A DNA stretch of 31,479 nucleotides, from IMG/VR virus record IMGVR_UViG_3300037518_000112, positions 1 to 31,479 of that record; one strand, given 5' to 3'. Numbering within the stretch: position 1 is the first letter of the stretch; each line of letters opens with the position of its first letter. The stretch is from a virus (Duplodnaviria; Caudoviricetes). The translations under genes were made by a program, and so were the position numbers. Shown here piece by piece: positions 26,636-31,479 of this stretch. The notes under the pieces are model-generated. The model was not told where the DNA came from. It saw only the letters and a list, made by a program, of their open reading frames with translations, and did no database searches.

Positions 26636-27073
26636 CTAAAGCTCCTCCCTTTTATAATATGGATTACCGGGCGCGGTCTTGCCGCCTTCCAGCCCCTCTT
26701 TCAACTTCCGCAGGCTCTCGGTCATATCGGGGAACGGCTCGCCGGAAGCAGCTCGCTCCTCTGCTTGCCCCTTCCCGCAGCCCTTTTCCTCCAACTGCTC
26801 CATCATCTGCCCAAAGAAGCTATTTTCCGCCTTGTTTTGCAGAGTTAGGGATAGCTTATCCGGGGCGAGGCAGATTTCACAATTCGCTACGGCTTCCAGC
26901 AGCTCTGGAGTGCCGATTCCAGAGCGGCGAGCAGTTCGCACTGCATCATATAGCGTAAACTTCGCCCGTTCGGTTTCCTTGGAAGAGGAGAACCGCAAAG
27001 TCTGCGGGGTATGGAAGGCCAAGAGCCAGAGCTGCTGACATTGTTGGTGGATTTTTGATGGTTTAACGGTCAT
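26636..27073 (-). CDS. Hypothetical protein (145 aa)
   Basis: AGGAG RBS; operon packing. Confidence 0.6.
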   Translation of the reverse strand: MTVKPSKIHQQCQQLWLLAFHTPQTLRFSSSKETERAKFTLYDAVRTARRSGIGTPELLEAVANCEICLAPDKLSLTLQNKAENSFFGQMMEQLEEKGCGKGQAEERAASGEPFPDMTESLRKLKEGLEGGKTAPGNPYYKREEL

Positions 27074-27494
27074 TGTCGATAATCTCCTGTGCTTGTCTAT
27101 TAGCCCAATATTTAAAGGTGAGTTTGTATAAAGACCAAGTTTCTATTCCCCTACCTTCAACTGTAAATGATGTCCTACCATCCCAGAAAGTCGTGCACTC
27201 CCCATTATCCTTCCACCCAGCAAAATGCCCCCTTACCCAAGCCTCGCAGTCATTATCCCTCACCAGCACCGGATCATCAATCTTCAATTCCGGCCTCGGC
27301 TCTTGTGCCTTGTTGTTGATTACCCTGCGGAGGGAGTGCTTCCAGTCCGGGCCGAGGTTGAGGCGGGATTTAATCCTTATTGCTAACCCGCCGCGCGCAA
27401 AGCAACCATCACTTTCTTCTGGTTTAAGGCAGTAAAAATGCTGCTCCCCGTCCTCATCCTCAGCAATCCAACCATTCAATTTAATCTCTTGCAT
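27063..27494 (-). CDS. Hypothetical protein (143 aa)
   Basis: GAGGAG RBS; WIAEDEDG and KIDDPVLVRD...W..GHFAG segments of phage type. Confidence 0.7.
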   Translation of the reverse strand: MQEIKLNGWIAEDEDGEQHFYCLKPEESDGCFARGGLAIRIKSRLNLGPDWKHSLRRVINNKAQEPRPELKIDDPVLVRDNDCEAWVRGHFAGWKDNGECTTFWDGRTSFTVEGRGIETWSLYKLTFKYWANRQAQEIIDNDR

Positions 27495-27750
27495 TTTCTT
27501 CTCCTCTACTTAAGATTTCTTTTCTATATAACTCAGCCATCTTTGAGTGCTTATCCCGCATAGCCCTCAATTCCTCTATCCCCGCCTTCTTCATCCGAAG
27601 TTCTTGATTCCTTATCAATTGACATTTCTTGCAAAGATAGTATAAAGATTGGTATTCGGCCCCGCTTGCATCCTTTTTACCCACTAGCAAAGTGTTTTGT
27701 AGGTTGCGGAAGGTACCGCATTTCGGGCAGAATGGGTTGAATTTCCTCAT
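27481..27750 (-). CDS. Hypothetical zinc-finger-like protein (89 aa)
   Basis: CPKC...CKKC; ATGA overlap. Confidence 0.6.
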   Translation of the reverse strand: MRKFNPFCPKCGTFRNLQNTLLVGKKDASGAEYQSLYYLCKKCQLIRNQELRMKKAGIEELRAMRDKHSKMAELYRKEILSRGEENARD

Positions 27751-27965
27751 TGCCGATTCCCCGAACAGATCTTATACCGTTGTATCGGGCGTCCTGTTTC
27801 CGCCAATAACGTCCGATTAACAACCTGCCGCAAGCTCGCTCCTGGCGTATAAACCGCCAGCATTGTTAGTCGTCGCGCGGCGGTAGCCGATTCCAGCGCA
27901 AGCCGCGCGATAAACTCTTCCTTGGATTTTTCGATTTCCCGTTGTCGGATTGCAAGGCATTTCAT
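27747..27965 (-). CDS. Hypothetical basic protein (72 aa)
   Basis: ATG 27965 with GGGGA upstream. Confidence 0.45.
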   Translation of the reverse strand: MKCLAIRQREIEKSKEEFIARLALESATAARRLTMLAVYTPGASLRQVVNRTLLAETGRPIQRYKICSGNRQ

Positions 27966-28041
27966 AGTAAATCCCCGAACACGGGTAATAGGATATAGCA
28001 AAGGGTTAGTGTAGGGAGTATAAAATCGTGTATAAAGGTCT

Positions 28042-28257
28042 TCATTCGATCACCTCTATTACCCTATCCCCGACCTTTAACATAAGCTCACATGGGGTGT
28101 GCGAATTCCATAATTTATGTCCATAGCCGTCAAGCGGCACCGGGATTGGTAGTGCGGTTATTCTTAGCATAGCCCGCCCGGATTCCTCGGAATGGAAATA
28201 AATGATTCCCCGGTCAGTGTCGATTTCCAAGGTGCCTAGTATTTGTACGATTGGCAT
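28042..28257 (-). CDS. Hypothetical protein (71 aa)
   Basis: AGGAG RBS; LEIDTDRGIIYFH motif. Confidence 0.65.
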   Translation of the reverse strand: MPIVQILGTLEIDTDRGIIYFHSEESGRAMLRITALPIPVPLDGYGHKLWNSHTPCELMLKVGDRVIEVIE

Positions 28258-28270
28258 TAGATTGATTCTC

Positions 28271-28456
28271 CTATTTGAATAGATTTAATAGTTTAGTGGT
28301 CGATGTAAAGCTGTTCAATGCCTCATTACCTATTTTGAGGCAGTTCCCCGAACGGAGCCAATGACGCATACCATTAAAGCTGGCATTGGTTATATAGTTC
28401 CACCCAAGGTATTTCATGTCGTTAGTGTACCATCTAACGGTTATTCGTTTGCTCAT
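28271..28456 (-). CDS. Hypothetical protein (61 aa)
   Basis: GAGGGGA RBS; downstream of promoter 28522-28550. Confidence 0.55.
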   Translation of the reverse strand: MSKRITVRWYTNDMKYLGWNYITNASFNGMRHWLRSGNCLKIGNEALNSFTSTTKLLNLFK

Positions 28457-28521
28457 TGCCTATCCCCTCTCTATTGGTTGTGCTATGGCCGTTTGGCCGT
28501 TATTCCTCTAATCTATCCGCT

Positions 28522-28550
28522 ATCATATACCCGGACCCCCAGTCATGGAA
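28522..28550 (-). promoter_or_regulatory. Sigma70-like promoter TTCCAT-17-TATGAT
   Basis: Same hexamers and TTCCATGACTGG block as 22226-22254. Confidence 0.6.
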
Positions 28551-28725
28551 TAGAATTGTTTAGTGGCTGGTTGGATTATACCCGGATTGCGAGAATGAGC
28601 TAATTTGCCTCGTGGCGGGATTTCTATTGTTGCCTATGCGATTGTATAGGGGAGGGGTCGAAAATTGCGTGGCGATGCGGTTTTGATGCAAATTTGGCCA
28701 ATTGGAGCGATGAGATTGAGTAGGC

Positions 28726-28762
28726 AAAAGAAAACCCGCATGGACGGTTATCCATGCGGGTT
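28726..28762 (-). terminator. Intrinsic terminator after 28801-29301 gene
   Basis: Perfect 12-bp stem AACCCGCATGGA/TCCATGCGGGTT, 6-nt loop, TTTTCTTTT on - strand. Confidence 0.85.
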
Positions 28763-28800
28763 ACGATATAATAATGTCGGGGGATTACTCCCCCTATTGC

Positions 28801-29301
28801 CTAAATCTCATCCAGCTCGTTCAACAATTCCCCTGCATCAATTCCGGTGGTTTTGATACTCTCCGCTCTAACCGTTTCAATCATCGCGGCAACCTTTTTG
28901 TCTTTCCTCAGTGCCGCCTGTTTCTTATTATCCTGTTTGTCCAGATACCCTTTAATCGCCTCGGGAGCCTTGGTTGGATACAATCGGCACAATGCACGGA
29001 ATAGCAATCCCCCGGTTCCACCACTCCCCGACCCAGCACCTTTATTCCATGTAGGTTCGTCTCCGGTCAATCGGCTATAAACCTCATTCATAGCCGTGTA
29101 TTTCTCGGTAATCGTCGCTCCATTAGGTAATGCTGCTGCATCTACTATCTTTTGTTTGAGACCGTGTAATGTGGCGTGATTAATGATTTCCCGGTTCAGC
29201 TCGTGTATGTTTACGAATATCACTCCGGCGTCGGTTTGAATTGATAATGTTCCGGCTTCGATGTCGATGGTTGTTTGAATTGCTCTATTGTTAGCTGCCA
29301 T
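28801..29301 (-). CDS. Hypothetical protein, paralog of 25150-25698
   Basis: HGLKQKIVD, LFRAL, AIKGYL, ALR; GGGAGA RBS. Confidence 0.8.
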   Translation of the reverse strand: MAANNRAIQTTIDIEAGTLSIQTDAGVIFVNIHELNREIINHATLHGLKQKIVDAAALPNGATITEKYTAMNEVYSRLTGDEPTWNKGAGSGSGGTGGLLFRALCRLYPTKAPEAIKGYLDKQDNKKQAALRKDKKVAAMIETVRAESIKTTGIDAGELLNELDEI

Positions 29302-29354
29302 GGTTGTTGTCTCCCATTTGATTTTTGGTACTTCGATTGCGCAATATGCGCCTG

Positions 29355-29426
29355 TTACATTTTTTCAATAATCCCTACTACTATATATGCGAGTGAAATA
29401 ACCACCCCTACTATCCAGCCATTCAT
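29355..29426 (-). CDS. 23-aa single-helix membrane peptide (not in ORF track)
   Basis: MNGWIVGVVISLAYIVVGIIEKM; ATGA overlap with upstream stop. Confidence 0.45.
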   Translation of the reverse strand: MNGWIVGVVISLAYIVVGIIEKM

Positions 29427-29614
29427 ACTCGCACTCTCATTGATTTCATCCGTCCGGTACTCATATCCCGGCCAATTAGCGTAGCAGTCTTTGCGCCATT
29501 CATTCGCAATCTAAACAACCTACCCGACCATTGACAACAGAAGCCTTCCTTGGTCGGTGTGATTATCTCAGCTACTATATCGCCTATTTTTATAATGTGT
29601 TGCATGTTTGCCAT
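29423..29614 (-). CDS. Hypothetical early protein (63 aa)
   Basis: AGGGAGACAATAGCAATG start context. Confidence 0.6.
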   Translation of the reverse strand: MANMQHIIKIGDIVAEIITPTKEGFCCQWSGRLFRLRMNGAKTATLIGRDMSTGRMKSMRVRV

Positions 29615-29914
29615 TGCTATTGTCTCCCTATAAATTAAACAACTCGTTCATTATGTTTCTCAATGCTGTATCTATATGCGTGTCATTCAAGTATTGATAT
29701 AACGGCAACCCCGGCATCCCTACTCCATCCCCGATTTTTATTTGGCTAGCGCATAGACAATCCCACCGTAATCGTTTGTCTATGTTTTTCACCCTACCAT
29801 CTTTTTGCAATCTCTCTTTTTGATCAGCTATAGCATCAATAGGTATTGATGCTATTGCCGATTTTAATGCCTCGTAATGTTCTACGGTCATTTTCATTGC
29901 TATTGTCTCCCTAT
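29612..29914 (-). repeat. Identical 20-bp direct repeat (stop-RBS-start cassette) at 29612-29631 and 29895-29914
   Basis: ATAGGGAGACAATAGCAATG on - strand, flanking the 89-aa gene. Confidence 0.85.
29628..29897 (-). CDS. Hypothetical early protein (89 aa)
   Basis: KRLRWD...LYQYLNDTHIDTALR; clear RBS. Confidence 0.75.
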   Translation of the reverse strand: MKMTVEHYEALKSAIASIPIDAIADQKERLQKDGRVKNIDKRLRWDCLCASQIKIGDGVGMPGLPLYQYLNDTHIDTALRNIMNELFNL

Positions 29915-30159
29915 TGTTTGTTAAGTTGTTTATAGGCTCGCTCTATTTGTGCTTCGGTAAGTTGCACCTGCATTATATGAGTGTCACTATCGAAAGCGAA
30001 AACTATTGATTTTTCCCCTTTGCTATTTGCCCGCATATGGTAAGGGCAACTCTCATTTAATATGGCAATCTTTTTCATGCATAGTCTTTTCATGGAGCGA
30101 GCGAATTGCACAATACAATTTGTGTCATCTTGTTTATAGTCGCTTTTAATCATTCCCAT
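29911..30159 (-). CDS. Hypothetical early protein (82 aa)
   Basis: AGGGAG RBS; an internal start (MKKIAIL) is possible. Confidence 0.55.
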   Translation of the reverse strand: MGMIKSDYKQDDTNCIVQFARSMKRLCMKKIAILNESCPYHMRANSKGEKSIVFAFDSDTHIMQVQLTEAQIERAYKQLNKQ

Positions 30160-30179
30160 ATCTCCCTATATTTGATTAG

Positions 30180-30422
30180 TTAATGGTTTATACAATCAAA
30201 TAGATGAAGTTCTAATTTCCCCAAACGAGCGTTAAAGTCATCTTTTGTCCTGGACGTTACACAAGTAATATAAAGTTCTCTATATGAGGCTTCTTTTGAT
30301 AGGTCGTGTATAGGGCAGTCAATAAAAAGCTCTCTCAACAATTCTTTTGCTTCTCGCATTGTAGAATAAGTATTAAGTAATCTTACTGTGTTTAATTCCT
30401 GGTATATATTGATAATTTTCAT
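30180..30422 (-). CDS. Hypothetical early protein (80 aa), first gene of leftward block
   Basis: GGGAGACA RBS; downstream of promoter 30480-30508. Confidence 0.6.
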   Translation of the reverse strand: MKIINIYQELNTVRLLNTYSTMREAKELLRELFIDCPIHDLSKEASYRELYITCVTSRTKDDFNARLGKLELHLFDCINH

Positions 30423-30479
30423 TTCCGGTGTCTCCCGTTTGATTGATTTCCCTGCCCCCTCAAATTCATCCTATGACTA

Positions 30480-30508
30480 ACTATCGCATATTCTACCCTC
30501 CCCGTCAA
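30480..30508 (-). promoter_or_regulatory. Leftward sigma70-like promoter TTGACG-17-GATAGT
   Basis: Good -35, weaker -10, AT-rich upstream; heads the early gene block. Confidence 0.5.
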
Positions 30509-30523
30509 CAATTATTTCTCACC

Positions 30524-30885
30524 CCTATGTATTATTATTGCTGCCTACCCCAAAATACTATATCCGAGCCAGTGTGGTGAAAGGGTAAACGCCCGAAATC
30601 CCGAATAATTGCCTAATATCCTGGTGCCTATAGTTATTGTATGTATTCCCCTATGTGTGACTATGTGGCGAAAAACCCCTATGTAGGAGCCTATGTAGTA
30701 TGGTAGGTGCTATAGTGAGATCCCCACCCCCCTACCTCCTCTCTCCTCCCCCTAATATGTTATCCCCCCCTAACTCTATTAGTCCCCTCTCTCTCTTGTA
30801 ATGAAAAAAAAAAAAATAAGGACTACCTAACATTTTAAGCTTACACGTACGGGGGATTGCTCCATCACGAGAAAGAGCACATAGG
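30524..30885. repeat. Cluster of CCTATGT heptamers in non-coding region
   Basis: CCTATGT at 30524, 30650, 30678, 30690; ACTATGT at 30660; inverted ACATAGG at 30879; A13 run at 30804-30816. Confidence 0.55.
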
Positions 30886-31368
30886 GGGGTGGGATTGCCT
30901 GCCAGCCACACGCACCAACTCATAGCTCTCCTATAGCATACCTCATACCCACCAGCCCCCGCATACCTACCTAGCTCGGAAATCCGCCGGGGTGGCAATC
31001 CCGCCATACTCGCCCGGCTCCCCCATACGTCCCTAGCACCTGCACTGCCCCGCCTCCTATGCACCGCCACTCTCAGCATACTCTAAAGTTGTTAGGCGAT
31101 AACCATTCCTATCTAAACCATCCCCGTGTTAGGAAGCTACCACAAGAGGGCAATCTGCTGGACCGGGGGGAGGGGAGGACCCTGCATTTGCTGAATAGGC
31201 ATGGGTGAGCCTCCTCAATCTACGTCACCAGTTTCTACATTATCCCCTGGGATTACTACTTTAGCTGAGGAAGGGGATAGCGGATTATCGAACTTTTACC
31301 CGTTCGCCACACTGGAATGGGAAGCAGACTATGGAAAATTCCAGCAATCCCGGTATAATTATCCGGGG

Positions 31369-31388
31369 GGATTACGGGGAAATAATCC
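31369..31388. promoter_or_regulatory. GGATTA-N8-TAATCC palindromic box 4
   Basis: GGATTA cggggaaa TAATCC, 26 bp upstream of a TTGACA -35. Confidence 0.55.
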
Positions 31389-31414
31389 AGACGGGAATCC
31401 CCGAAAGAAAAGGG

Positions 31415-31443
31415 TTGACAGTTCCGACTCCATACTATAAGCT
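31415..31443 (+). promoter_or_regulatory. Rightward sigma70-like promoter TTGACA-17-TAAGCT
   Basis: Consensus -35, 17-bp spacer, A-rich upstream element; target gene lies outside the window. Confidence 0.6.
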
Positions 31444-31479
31444 GATCCTAATCAAAACAAATCTTTACCTCGGTGGTAC

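Larger units (their letters stand above)
1..31479. mobile_element. Partial genome of a tailed dsDNA phage (podovirus-like, P22-type tail/ejection module, family A polymerase replication module)
   Basis: Dense overlapping ORFs in two convergent blocks; tail hub, ejection, head-binding, polymerase, helicase, HNH and recombination genes; no host housekeeping genes seen. Confidence 0.95.

Noticed and set aside
30568-30630. tRNA-like 5' segment GCCAGTGTGGTGAAAGGGTAAACGC
   Set aside because: No anticodon stem pairing and no T-arm GTTCRA
31282-31301. GGATTA-N8-TTACCC possible fifth box
   Set aside because: Two mismatches in the right half-site; too weak to count
30732-31440. ORFs 30732-31079 (-) and 31201-31440 (+)
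   Set aside because: No clear RBS, low-complexity translations crossing homopolymer runs, and overlap with promoter and palindrome elements
1-31479. Window starts with GGTACC and ends with GGTAC (terminal repeat or KpnI fragment?)
   Set aside because: Only 5 bases match, internal GGTACC sites exist (e.g. near 4407, 15018, 16212, 27712), and capsid/terminase genes are missing, so it is not a closed circle

Overview
This window is about 31.5 kb of a dsDNA tailed phage (podovirus-like) genome with two converging transcription blocks that meet at a terminator near 10.8 kb. The + strand block (1-10767) is a P22-style virion module: a 5'-truncated zincin-like (LPD23-type) protein, a gp10-like tail hub, small virion proteins, a cupin-SET domain fusion, three DNA ejection proteins and a four-gene tail/receptor-binding cassette. 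The - strand block (30422 down to 10842) looks like a complete early/replication unit: many small hypothetical genes, a ribbon-helix-helix regulator, a Dda/RecD-like helicase, a PD-(D/E)XK nuclease, a Sak4-like ATPase, an SSB-like protein, two HNH endonucleases, a ParB-DNA methyltransferase fusion, a UDG-like/family A DNA polymerase and a DUF3987-type NTPase. About 1 kb of non-coding DNA with divergent promoters and short repeats ends the window. No terminase, portal, capsid, endolysin, integrase or primase was recognised. The most unusual observations are: a SET lysine-methyltransferase domain encoded next to the ejection genes; a GGATTA-N8-TAATCC palindrome in four intergenic positions; a perfect anti-Shine-Dalgarno hairpin over an HNH gene; a paralog pair plus a third protein sharing a C-terminal motif; substituted polymerase motifs; and several unannotated microproteins. 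All family assignments come from motif recognition by eye, not database searches.
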